64,000 nt of DNA from Geosiphon pyriformis uo1 (taxonomy: Eukaryota > Fungi > Glomeromycota): positions 372,001-436,000 of the forward strand of contig JAAOMT010000302.1 of NCBI GenBank assembly GCA_016748015.1, in the 5' to 3' direction. The notes under the pieces are model-generated. The model had not been told where the DNA came from. It worked only from the letters and a program-made list of their open reading frames with translations, and searched no databases. This document shows, in pieces, positions 26,643 through 39,400 of this stretch. Both the position numbers and the translations under genes were made by a program. How positions within the stretch are numbered: the first letter of the stretch is position 1; each line of letters opens with the position of its first letter.

Positions 26643-26644
<2 letters not shown>

Positions 26645-27067
26645 TATTTATTGTATATTTATAAATATTATTACATATAAATTATTATTGTTAATATTTA
26701 AAAACAAAGATTATAACATAAAAAATTAGACAAATTTACATTAATTAAAAACTGCTAAAACAAAAAATATTTGTTTAATAATTTTCAATAAATAGTTAAA
26801 TTTATACAATAAACAAAACTATAATTTGAAAACTTTTTTTTTTATATTAAATATACAAAATATTAAAATAATTTATATTATAAAATTACTTATAAACTAT
26901 TATTAAAAATTTTTTTATAATATTTTTTTTTTATTTTTTTATTATGCATTTTACAAGTAAAGCCTAACTACTGTCTAGTATACAGAGCCAAACTAAGAGG
27001 CCCAAACTAAATACAGCTCATGTACTTACTACATGTGGCTAGCCACTCAGGCCAGACAAGGCAACAC

Positions 27068-30000
27068 TACACACCTATAATGACTCGAGGACTGAAATCC
27101 AAACCAGAAAAGAAAAGTTTAGGCCTACAACAGCCAAAACTAACAGAAAAAAAACCCAAAACACCAAGCATTTGAACCACACCATCAGACAATACAGATG
27201 TTTTACAACATGACAAACCTGATATTATCTCATCATTCCCAACTGAACCAGCCTTTTTTATGCTTACCCTATAACTAGATTTTACTAGTCAGACTCTACT
27301 ATGGTGTAGCTTAACAACACTTCTTACAAAATTGACAACAATACCAACAGCCACCTTCCTGACTTTAAAAACCTCAACAGTCTCTGAGCACTAATCATTC
27401 ATGACAAATCTCTTATACAGAGCTGAATACAAGCCAACATCTGAGGAACAATAACTGAAAAACTGCAGAACAGTAGAAGAAAATGAGACATAAAAACCCA
27501 CTAAAAAAACCTAAGACATAGTGGCCTCAGCAAAAATTTTATCTCAAACATCAGCATCCATGGCACAAAAAAACACATGATTGGGCAACTCCATCTCCCT
27601 ACACAATAAGCACAGCACACCAAAGTAACTCTTATCATACAACTTTTTTCGAACAGCCACAGGAAGTTGATAGTGCACAGCCTTCATCAAATACGACTGC
27701 AGCACAGAAGACTTCCAGCTAATAGACCCAGCAAGCATGTGTGAGTTAGGGTGTCACACTTTTGAGGTAGCACTCCAGTTTACACATTCAATCAAACTAC
27801 TCTGAATCACATTATGGCCAGATCCAGCCTCCCAATGTGTCCAGCACACAAACCTAAACAGATCCCTAACAAAATGGCAGGCATTGCCAGACATGACCAT
27901 ATTCTTAGCAATTAAAAGCCATTCCCACACCCCAATGGACAAGAAAAACCGAAAACATGCAGCAGCACCAGCAGCAGCATCAGCTTTAATGTTGCCACAA
28001 ACACCAAAATAATCTTTAACTTTGACCCAGCTTATGCTCAAATCTTTCTCTCTAATCAAATCAAAAATGTAACGACTCTTCACCCAGCATGAAACTTAGA
28101 AATCAGGCACTAGATGAGACAACTTGGAGACACACGTGTCAATGACAGCTTGGCTATCAAGATGTACTGTCACCGCACTAGAAAATGGAACACATTTCAA
28201 TGCCAAAGCAACAGCCTGCAACTCGGCCAAAGTGGAAGACATCAAACCATAGACCCTAACACTAATACTATGGTCAATAGCAGAAAAATATGCAGCAGCA
28301 CCACCAGCAACACTAGAAGAGCCAAAATTTTTCAGCAAACCATCTGTAAAAATCTCAAAAGAATCAGACCATAACTTGTGTAAACTACTATGCAAATCAG
28401 AAAACTCCTTAGAAACCAGAATGTCCAAACCAGAAAGTTGATTGGCTCTAGCCAGACCAGATGACAAAGCATTATCATCATGCAAAAACCCAGATGTGAA
28501 ATTGAACCAATAAGGGACAGACCCTCTTGGGTCAAGTCTTTTCTACCAATAAAAAGTCTTCCAATTCATCACAAAACCCTTCTTGTCAAGCAATTTGTCT
28601 CCAAAGGCAACACCAAATTGCTTCAAAAAATAAACAAAACCAAAGTAAAAAGCATTTTCCAGCACCAATAACATATAAAAATTACCAGAATCACAAAAAG
28701 TGCAAGACAGATTATTTGCCAGAGACAGCTCATTACCCAAAAAAATTTTAACCACACCAGCCAAAAAATTGTTCACAGGATTAACACACAACTTGACAGG
28801 AAACTGCAAGAGATCTAAAGGAGCCCAACCCAGAACCTGCAAATTCAGGAATCTATGATTAAACAAATGCCCCAAAATGCCTGAAGCATTAGAAAACGTG
28901 ATCACAGCAGCCAATTTGCTCTCAGCCTGTATTTGCTTGAAAGATTTCAGGCCATACAATAAGGGATGATGCAAAGCTACATCAGGAAAGTCACAAAAAA
29001 AATCAGCTTTAAGCTTAAGGCTTTTTTTGACCAAGGCATCCCATTTGTGGTACACATTCAAAAAAACAAAGCTAAATTGAATACAGTAGTTGATAATGAG
29101 CTGTAAGACAGCTAACACTAAATACAAGAACTGCTTATCTGTAATAGTCTTCCTGAGCATTATATTGGCAAAAAAATGAACATCTGAATGAGTCTTAGCC
29201 AAACTAGGCTTAGACAAGCCCTCTGTTGACAAAAAAATCCCCAAATATCTGTGTGTTTTGCCTCTTTTGGCAATAAAAATTGGCTGCCCATTAATATCCA
29301 GAGAAGCAACCTTAACACCCTAATTAATAAAAATGACCACAGTTTTTTCACTATTGATAGAAATATCATTAATCAAAAAGAATTCACTAGCAATATCCAA
29401 GGCATACTGCATTGATGCTTGGCAATCTCCGATCTAAATGGTGTCATCAACAAATGTCCCAGCCACAAAAAAGGAAGACATCCCACCACTACTCTTAACT
29501 CTGTCTAATTTAGCCACAAACTTAGTATTAATCTGGTACTTACATAAATGCTCATGCTTTTTAACTTCACACAATAGTGAATTATAAAAAATCTTCCAAA
29601 AAAGGGGTAAAAAAACCTCACCCTGATCCAAACTATCATGTACTTTATAATTATTTGAGAGGCCAAAATCAGTTATTACTCTGTTAATCTTATCCTTGTG
29701 AATACTACTAAAAAACTTAATAAATCTGTCACATATCTTGATACACCATAGGCTAGTCTTTAAGTGGTGCCAACCAACAGAATCATATGTCTTATGCATA
29801 TCCTGCAAACCAATCAAAGTTTTTTATTTTTTTCAAAAGTGTCTTCAACCACTGACCCAACAGCAAACACCAGAATCTAAGTAGAGATACCCTTTAACAC
29901 CAAAAAATTGTTGCTGTGGAGGACACCAAACTTGCTACAAGTGAAAAAAACTCTATCAGAAAGAATCTTGGAAAGAATTTTTCTGGCTGTCTCAATTAAA

Positions 30001-31757
30001 GCAATAGGGTGGGTATTCATGAGAATTCCATCTCAATTATAAGATTTAGAGATCATCAAAACCCATGCTCTCTTCCACAAGGCAGGCACTATACCAACAA
30101 AAAGACATTCATTCAATAGCACCAAAAGGCATTCCATCACACTCTTGCCATCATGCTTTCAAAGTTCATTCAGAATGCCAGACAAGCCAGTGGCTTTGCC
30201 ATCAAGCAGACCACTAACAACTACAAGCAACTCACTTATATTAATTGCATCTATCACACCAGAAAAAGCATTATCTTTAACATAGTCCAATGGTGTATAC
30301 TGGTAAGCCGAGAGATTAGACAGCACAGAAGGCACCACATATTTCCTTGTCCAACCTTTCATGATCCTGTCAACATTCAATTTTACTCCATCTGGATTTA
30401 ACACCAGCTTATCATCAACCACCAAGTGATTCAACACCACCTTCCAAAAGAGTCTATCCAAAACACTTCTGATCATATTGCCTTTGTCTGAACAAAACTT
30501 CTCTATGCATTTCTTAATAGCTGCTCTGATAGAAGTCTTCTGCACCAATTTCAATTCATACATTTTGGACTTCCTATACCCTTTTTTAACAATTGACAAA
30601 TATTTAAGAACATCCATCATTTTTTGATCAGCATAAATTATATCCCTTAACACAAGAGCCTTATCAGCATCCAAAATTGACCATTTTTCAACAAGGCGAT
30701 TGAACCTGAAAGTGTCATCAGATTTCAACCTCTTGACAATCTTGGCAACCAACAACTCCAATCCCAGAAATTTAGAAAACCACTTATTTTTTGAACACTG
30801 AAAATCACTGAACCAAAGCCTAGAAAAGATCTCATCTGCAGAACTCACCAATGTTCTTTCTAGTAGCAACCACATAGTATCTAAATTATAACCTGCAGCA
30901 GTAGCAAGAAACCTAACTTTTATTATCAGAATTCTGATGGAGGAGCAATCTTTAAAGCAAGACCACTCAGTACTGTCCACATCCTTGATTTTGAACTTCC
31001 AACAATTTTTGTAAACTTGTTTGTGCAAACCATTCAACTGAACATTCAGAAGCCCACCCAGACCAACCAATACCATTACAGTATTGTGGTTCATATCAAA
31101 AAAATTAGAAACAGAACCGACCCAATGTTTCACAACAGTGAAAAATAGACTCTTATTAACAAAAATGTAATCAATGGTCCTCTTAGTACCTCTTGAATTG
31201 CACCACATAGGAGTTTTAATCAAATAATAGCCATTAAATGAATTAACTAGACCTAAACTTAAGCAGAACTTGAAACTTGTACTTCTTCCAGACCTGCACT
31301 CATTAAAATCCCCATCCAAGACCACAAAAGTACTGATGTTAACAGTTTTAGCAATGATAAAGTTAACCTTAGATGCTTGTCCAAAATGGATGTCAGTAGA
31401 AGCACCAGTATACAAACTGAGAACAGACACTGAGAGCTTGCCCTTGAACAGAAACTGCACCAAAATAACCTGACCAGAAACCACCTTAATCTTAGAAAAA
31501 TGACAAGCCAAAGAATTGTTTATGACAACAACAACACCAGCACCAAGATACCCAACATCTAAACCAGAAGTAAAAATCTGAACTCCATCATATTTATCCT
31601 TGATCCAAAGCCCAAAGGAAGACCTCAACTTTGTCTCAGTAACAAAAAAAACCATATTCCCAAAACTTATATGTCAGCAAATAACATCCACTTGCTTTGC
31701 AGGAACATTAATACTCCGAACATTGCATGTAGCAAATTTCCAAACCAAACTACTTAT
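27068..31757 (-). pseudogene. LINE ORF2: AP endonuclease, reverse transcriptase, RNase H, C-terminal zinc knuckle
   Basis: FATCNVR, VTETKL, GDFNE, IDYIF, DMNH (APE); LQDMHKTYDSV, QGEVFLP, FVDDT (RT); FTDG, AELQAV, LDSQAV, GNIKADAAA (RNase H); CLLCREMELPNHVFFC; premature stops. Confidence 0.93.
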
Positions 31758-33718
31758 TGGGATAAAGAAGGTAATAGGGAGCCAGAACCAGAACACAAAT
31801 AATCCAATCTGATTAATACTGAACTAATTGAAGCTTCCAAAGACATCATTTTTGATTCTAATCCACTCACCTTGGTAGTTAGAATCTTAGAGCTACTCAA
31901 ACTGAAACCAGAAGCATCATCAACAACAACAGAAAAAAAGGGAGCAAAAGACTTTGGCACACCATTCAAAACCATATCCAAGTTAACTTCTGAAGTCAAA
32001 TGTGTAAAAACAGCCAAAAGAAGCTCATGAGAAATAGATGGCAAAAGCACTAGTTCCACAAAGCTCAACTTTCTCACAATATTAGAAACCTGATCGGTTA
32101 AAAGCTCCAAAGATCATTCCAAAGATGCCAAGCAATTAAACAAACTAGAGACACCATGGGGATCAGCACTGTTAAAAGAGGACCAAGCACCAATAGAAAA
32201 TTTAGTGCTAAGAGATGGACCAATACCTAAAGAAGACAAAGAACCCAAAAGAGAAAAAAAACTATCCGCAACTTGAGCCCAAGTTTTGTCACCAAAAGAA
32301 ACTGAACAAACAATAGGTGCCTGCTTTTTTTTATAAATGTTAGCCAGGTGAATCTGATCTTGATCAGTTATCATCCACTTCTCATGAACTCCAAAATTTC
32401 CACCAACTGAACACACATCAAAAACATGACCAAATTGTTTACATTTGGCACAACACACCAATGAAAAACTAGCCCAGCACAAACTTACACTCTTAAAAAC
32501 TGGAACAGAACCAATAACAGCCAACTTGGATGCTTCATCCTCAAAACAAACAATAGTGCACCTATTTCATACATAAGACACAGGATTACAGCCAATAAAA
32601 CAGGTTTTTTTACCATAAGCCTCCACTAAAACAGAAAGATCATAGGCCATAGTGCCAACTAGAAGAGTATAAAGCAAAGCCTGATGCTAATCCCTAAACA
32701 TCTATGTTTGTTTGTTCTTATTTGTCAAAGCCACATGCACAAAATTTTTTCTCATAAACACCAACCATTTAGAAACAACCAAACTGGCCACCTCAGATGA
32801 CTTAAACTCTATAATGGCCTTCTGCCAAAGTTCAATCAACTATATCTTAATCAAAATAATCTTGCCAAATTTAGAAAAGACTGATTTCACTGCTGATTTG
32901 GAAAGATCCACTAAAATCTTCTTAACAATCACCTTCCAATTCGACTGGCTGTTTATCTTTCTAAGATCATCATTAACAAGAATTTTATTACTAATTGCCA
33001 GCACTTTAGCCTTATTCAAACTAGATTTTGATGTAAAAAATGATCTAATAATCCCAAAAAATTTTGAGAGAGTAAAGACACTCCCAAAACCATCCACTTG
33101 ATAAAAAATTTTTTTTATTGAAATTAATTTATCACCAACTAACTTGCCAGATACTGCAGAAAGCTCAATATCAAGCATGAAAGATTTTGTTGAATTAAAA
33201 CACTGTGTTCTCAGAGCATGTGATTTGAATGGCAGCATCTAATTGGACTTGATATCTACACAAAAAAGAAGCTCCAGTACAACATTGTCATTACTTATAC
33301 TTTTGAAAGAAGATTGTCTCAGTAGATTACCCAGTGTGTACATCTAAGTGCAAGTCTTTTTTAGTATAGTATTATTTATGTTATTGTTCTCACTTAATTC
33401 TGCGTAACTGGTCTCCTTAACCACTGTGTTCACCATGTTTTCTACATTCAAAAGATTACTTATACTGCCAGCAATACTGCCAATCTCACTTCCCCAAGAC
33501 ACCCCAGGCTTGATGCCGACACCACTAATATTTTCTATGCTTAATGAACCAATAGACGAATTGATCACATTACCAGCTACTGGCTTTTTTGACTTCTTGT
33601 AGGACACACTATGTGAGTAAACTGTATCCATACACTTATTTTTCGCACTTTGGTGGGTTTCCAAACCAGCTGAAATCGAAACCGAACCACCAGCAGAAGA
33701 GCCCACTGGTTTTATCAT
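31754..33718 (-). pseudogene. LINE ORF1 (RRM-like region, CCHC knuckle, coiled coil)
   Basis: SAVKSVFSKFGKII (RRM-like); CAKCKQFGHVFDVC (CX2CX4HX4C); heptad segment KVSGLESKMMSLEASISSVL; in-frame stops. Confidence 0.85.
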
Positions 33719-34385
33719 AACAAATGAAGGTATGATAGAAGAAATAGCTAATAGAGACTAGGAAAAGAGAAGAAAGAAAAACAACTTCTTCAAAGTTATC
33801 AATGCTCTCATCATGGTTAAGAGATTGACAAAAGAAAGATAATATTAATGTTTTTAATATAAAATAATATTTTTATTATGTAAATATACAAGTTAATTAT
33901 AATTTTCTTAATAAATTTAAAAAATATAAAAAAATTAAAATGTTATATTAAAACAATATAATATTAATTAATATTATAAATTAATAATTTAATTTTAATT
34001 TTAATTTTAGTCTTTTAATGAATTTTTTTAACTGTATTAAATAATATTTTAAGTATTATCAAAAATTACTTTATTATTAGTTATAAAAAGCTTTTTTCTA
34101 ATATTTACTAAAAATAAAATTCTTAAAAATATAGCAAATACATTAAAATGTTTCTTAATTTTAGACCAACTTACAAAAATTTCTTAACAGAAATAATATT
34201 GCTTATATAGTCTTATAAACATTTATTAACAATTAATTATTCAAATAAATAATAATAAATTTTAACTAATATAAATAATATCAATGGCTAATACATGTAA
34301 CTAGAATTAATAAGAAAACACTAAAACAAAAACAGTTATTAATTATAATTTATAGATTATTTCATCCCTTTTGCTCCAATCCACC

Positions 34386-35903
34386 ATGTCAAGCTTCCTT
34401 TCCAGTAACACCATTCGTACCATAGCAAGCCTCGTTACGATTGCCATCTCGGTCACCTATTTCTTACCGAGCAGTAAACAACAAAAACCTAAAAGACGTA
34501 AGAGAATCCCAAAGCACACAGTTAAAAAGATTACGGCCGGCAAGGAAGCAGGAACATACTTCCACGGCCTAGTAAATGGAGGCAATAACACTTGTTTTAT
34601 GAATTCCGTTTTACAAGCATTGGCTGCTTTACCTTTGCTTCGAAAGTACCTCCTCAAAAGAATTAGAAGTGGGGAAGTCGATGAGAATACTGTAACTGTT
34701 GCCCTCAATCACCTTCTCAGCAAATTAAACGAACCGATTGTTCGACCCAACTCATTTCTCCCTCGCGAAATTGTTTGGGCTCTTCAAGCGAATGCAGGGC
34801 AGCTAATAAACCGTGAGCAACAAGATGCCCATGAATTGTTTGCTTTGTTGTCTTCGGCACTCTCTGAAGAAGAAGAAGTCAGCAAACGCCCCAAATCCCT
34901 TTTTAGTCTTAGTGTTGTTAAAAATTCTACAATGAGAAGAAAATTGTTGCCTCTTATTGCTTCACCGGTCGAAAATAATCCTTTGCGTGGACTTACCGCG
35001 TGCCGAATTTCTTGCATGCGGTGCGGTCATTCGGGTCCCGTACGACATACCACTTTTGATCACATATCAGTCCCACTGCCGCAAATTAGTAATTACTCTT
35101 TAGAGCAAGTGCTCAGATCATACACTAGCTTAGAGTTCATCGATGATTTTAATTGTAGAAATTGCGGACTATTGGATACGTTGCAAGTCGTTGAAGAGAG
35201 ATTGAACGAACTTCGGTACGATCAATCTGGCAGCGATAATATGACGAAACGACGTGATCAATTGGAGAGTGAAAAACGAATCATCAAAATAGCTCTTACC
35301 AATGAGATGGAAATCGAAGATGAAATCTTGGCAGTACCGTACAAGAAAGTTAAAACTGCTGCCATCAAACAGACGATGTTCGCAAGGCTGCCTTCAATTT
35401 TTGCAATTCATTTTTCGCGCACAATTTACGTTCCAAATGCATTTGGTGGCATGATGATCAAAAACCCATGCGAAGTGAGATTCCCTTTAATTGTCAATCT
35501 GGCCTCTTATCTTTCAACTGGTTACTTGGCAAATATGCCAAGTGAGCTTGCTCTATCCTCTTCTTGTTCGCCTCCCTTTTCACCGGCATTAGTGACTGTC
35601 GGTGTTGCTGAAAGGCAACTTAAACAAGAAGAGGAGAAATACTCGCTCGAGACAATCGGTGAAACAGGGAGACCTGAATTAAATGAAGACGATAGGTATT
35701 ATCGCCTCAATGCAGTGATCGTACATGTTGGTGATCACAGCCGCGGCCATTTTATTACATATAGAAGACAAATAAAAGATAATGGGGCTATCGTCTGGTG
35801 GCGAACGTCTGATGAACATATGCGCGAAGTCAGTCTTGAGACTGTCTTGAAAGAAGAAGCCTACATGCTTTTTTACGAAAAATTAGAAACACTTGAATTA
35901 TAG
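34386..35903 (+). CDS. Ubiquitin C-terminal hydrolase (USP/C19), USP30/Ubp16-like with N-terminal membrane anchor; intronless, 505 aa
   Basis: Cys box GLVNGGNNTCFMNSVLQ, QQDAHE, CxxC pairs CMRC/CRNC, His box HVGDHSRGHF, AYMLFYE; hydrophobic N-terminus followed by KPKRRKR; ATG 34386 in ACCATG context. Confidence 0.93.
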   Translation: MSSFLSSNTIRTIASLVTIAISVTYFLPSSKQQKPKRRKRIPKHTVKKITAGKEAGTYFHGLVNGGNNTCFMNSVLQALAALPLLRKYLLKRIRSGEVDENTVTVALNHLLSKLNEPIVRPNSFLPREIVWALQANAGQLINREQQDAHELFALLSSALSEEEEVSKRPKSLFSLSVVKNSTMRRKLLPLIASPVENNPLRGLTACRISCMRCGHSGPVRHTTFDHISVPLPQISNYSLEQVLRSYTSLEFIDDFNCRNCGLLDTLQVVEERLNELRYDQSGSDNMTKRRDQLESEKRIIKIALTNEMEIEDEILAVPYKKVKTAAIKQTMFARLPSIFAIHFSRTIYVPNAFGGMMIKNPCEVRFPLIVNLASYLSTGYLANMPSELALSSSCSPPFSPALVTVGVAERQLKQEEEKYSLETIGETGRPELNEDDRYYRLNAVIVHVGDHSRGHFITYRRQIKDNGAIVWWRTSDEHMREVSLETVLKEEAYMLFYEKLETLEL

Positions 35904-36460
35904 TCATTGGTTAAAGTACTCCTTTAAATTGGCAGGTTCCAATAATTAGTTGCATATTCCATCTTTCATTGTAAATAGCTTTTTTTAGTAATCCTTTTAA
36001 TAACAAAATGAACATAATGAATTGTCCATAAGATTATCGGGACCTATTATCACAAAATACATAAAATAAAATTTTTTAGAAGTTGAAATTGTATCAAGAC
36101 AATCGAGAATACTTAAAATATTGCTAAAGTATATAATAGATGTCAAAATTTTAAATAATTCTATATCAACTATGATTTAAAATAAAGTTTACACTTTATG
36201 GTGTCAATGTTAATATCTTTTAAAATGTACTATTGACGGATCGTGTATAAATTTACAAATTGGATACTGATAAGTATTATAGCCTAAATAAACATATAAG
36301 AGCAATCCAAGTCATGAGAAAATCAAATCATTCAGAATTAGCCACCCTTGGCAGAGTAACATTTTAGGCTGGTGCCCTCATCATTCATGGGTACCTTAAC
36401 ATTACAAGCAGCAATTCAAATGGGAATTTTAAGAATCTTAAAAAGACGATATAATCACAA

Positions 36461-39400
36461 TTAAGTACGCTTGCGACAGACGGTGTTCACAAGTTGTTTA
36501 CAATCTAATCAAAAATCAATAGAAAGAATGAGTTATCTTAGAAAATTTTTGGAGAATTTTGTCCCTATAATACTAATAATTTACCATTGGCACGAACGTA
36601 CACCATACAGTATGGATTGGCGAAGGAACCAGTTGTATCCGCAAAGACTTCTGTTTCAAGCACCTAAATTGAAATTATGAAATTACTTAGGAACACTAAA
36701 TGAAACTAGTCGGAATTGTTAAAGATTGACATACCTCGGTGACATGAGAATCATTATATCTAAACCACCGATCTTTTTCAAAGTCGTAAATATAGATCCA
36801 ATAATGACCAAAATTTGCTTGACCTTATTAAATAGCAATATTCCGAGAAACCTGGCTCCTTCAAAACAAGCATAAAATAACCAAAAATTCACCCAAGAAA
36901 AGAAAGACTAACCACTGTGTATAAATACTGCATGTATCCGGTATTCACATTTTCTTAAATCATCATATTGCATTCTTATGTCACTTTGCAATTCTGCTAT
37001 TTTGGCCTTAAGATCTGGGAAATTCCAAGCCAGTCAAAGTAAGGCGGATAAAATTTTAAATTAAGCCAATCGGCAAAATATTAACCTGATTATATAACAT
37101 ACCCTCTTTTTGAGACTTTAGAATACAACTCTCATTGCTTATATCTGCTAAATCCCTATCATTAATTTCATCTTGTAGATCATCGTTTATTTCGGTCCTT
37201 CTTTGCGAAAGAATGAATTTGACAGTTCTATTTAGCATTTCATCAGGTGATAAGCCAGTCACCTAAAGAATTCAAGATTAATTTAATTCTCTTAGAGAGG
37301 CTGAAATAGATATTTATATTTTACCTTGTCAGGTGAGAATTCATTCAATTGTTGTGAATACATTTCGATCTGTTGATTTAAATCATTTGCTATTTTTCGC
37401 CGTTCTCTTCGGATTTCACGGTACTCATCCAAGTATCGATCGAGATATATGACCTTGTCAAAACGGATATAAGCATTTGATTTATAAACATTTGCCGTGG
37501 TTCGATCAAACTGAACGCGCTATTATTCGCCGAAGGTTAATGTAAAGATAGCAAAAACCAGCCTCAAACACAAAAAGAGCAGTACTTTGAATTACTTGAA
37601 CATGAACTTGAAGAATGGGAGGTAGCTCAATAAGGGTTACTTCTCGTTCAGCTTGTGTTCCATTAAAATCAACCTGAAAGAATTAAATAAATTTCTATAA
37701 ATTTTTTTCCCTCTAAATAAATCTCTCCGATCCTAATTAACCTGTGCTTCATCAAAATAAACATCCAACCCATTATAAAGATCACCCTCTGCTACTGTGA
37801 CAATGTGTAGAATATATATAAATAGTTTAGGATCATAAATTTAATTAAATGCCAATGGAAAAATCCGAAATTTTTGAAAGGATATCAAATAATTGTATGG
37901 CTCCTCTTTGATAGCATGAACCCTTTCGCCAGTGTTAGGATCATCATATTGCAAAACCTGTCTTGTTTTTCCGTAAAAAAGCCTAGGTTTGTTTTGGTTT
38001 TCAATATTCAGAATAATATTTTATCCCTCCGATTATAAAATAAATAATCAACCGTCACCTTTTCACAATATTGCTCTTCCCATCAGTAACTTCGCTTTCT
38101 TCACTTAATCTTGGTTGGAGAGCCGCCTCCAGTTGAAACATAACGTTATCCATACACTCTGTATAAAGAAATGATGTTTGTGAATGGACAAATAAGTTTC
38201 CAAGGTTTGGGAGTTGGATGTGTCTTGCCTGTAACATCCTGTTGCTTTCCAAATGATATGCTTGCCATGGATTTGAACTTATCCTCGTTCACGAATTGTT
38301 TAAAATCAGGTGGCGGATCGGACCCTATAGGATAGAGATTCTCGATATTCTCTTTCCCCTTTCCTTTGACTAGAAAGGGATTAAGTTGTTTATTTCCATA
38401 AGTAGGTGCGAATAAATCTTGCTCAGTTTGTTGGCTAGAACTAGTATGAGATCCTGGAATCATGATGCTAGAACTTCCGGCTATTCCCTGCATTTCGACG
38501 GTCTCCTCCTCTTCACTATTGGAATTAATATCTGGGGAAGCAGGAGAATCATGAAGATTTGTCAATGATGGACCAGAAATTGTCTCGTCAGACTGTGAGA
38601 TAGTGGAAACATATAGGCCTTTTGATTCCTCGAGAGGAACTTTTGGGGTTTTCGATGAATTCGAGTTGTGAGAGAAAATGTTTTCATCTGATGGTTTAAA
38701 TGCCGTTCCCTCAAATTTGAATTCCTGATTTTTGCTGGGTATTTCATTATCATCGTTTTTTGTACTGACTAGAGCCATAAATGCCAAGTCAAAGTCGGGT
38801 GATATCGAATTTTCAGAAGTGTGTATTAAATTTACAAAGAGTGTGCGTAAAAGGTTGACAACTTCGTTTGGACATAGGAAAAATTCAAGGAGGGACTGAA
38901 AAATTAATCATTGGGCAAGACAAGAATTCAAGAAATAAAGATTTAATGAGAAAGTACATTTTTTTGCACGTTCAACTTCATGCGGGGATACTTCGCGCCC
39001 ACCAATTATTGGGGTTTGGCAAACTTTTTGCTCTTCATAAACTTCTGTCTCTAATACCGCCTTTCGCAACTCACGTATAGTGAAGTAGTACTGAAAAGAA
39101 AAAGGTCATCTATTAATAAGCTCCTCAATACATTGAAAAAAATATTATCGATAAGGATTAGCCTGATAATATATAATACATACTTGCAACAAGGAGTTTA
39201 AATAACATGTATTGCCAATGTTATTTAGTCCAACAGGCCTTGAAAAAACAATGTAATGATCAAAATTGTTTCGCATCCCCAATAGGCTTGAGATTACGAA
39301 AAAGCCTCGATATTAGGCGACATACACTGCTTACATTTGCGAAAAAAAGTCCATATTCGAGAGACCTATTTTTGGCAGCATGTTTTAGAATAGAAAGACG

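Larger units (their letters stand above)
26945..33840 (-). mobile_element. Full-length (~6.9 kb) LINE, least decayed copy: ORF1 + ORF2 (APE-RT-RNase H-CCHC)
   Basis: 5' UTR boundary shared with the copy at 48330; domain motifs as listed for ORF1 and ORF2; A-rich tail. Confidence 0.95.

Noticed and set aside
27019-27060. Hammerhead ribozyme in LINE 3' UTR
   Set aside because: CUGA is present but the CUGANGA/GAAA core is absent.
28114-32712. Plus-strand ORFs within the LINE
   Set aside because: Antisense shadows of ORF1/ORF2 caused by strand skew; no motifs.
33719-33814. Signal-peptide-like in-frame extension of LINE ORF1 from ATG 33814
   Set aside because: Contains a stop, and hydrophobicity follows from the pyrimidine-rich UTR; cannot be supported without a consensus.
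34270-34312. Family C LTR fragment acting as USP promoter
   Set aside because: Only ~35 bp of AT-rich similarity (GCTAATACATGTAA); too short to support.
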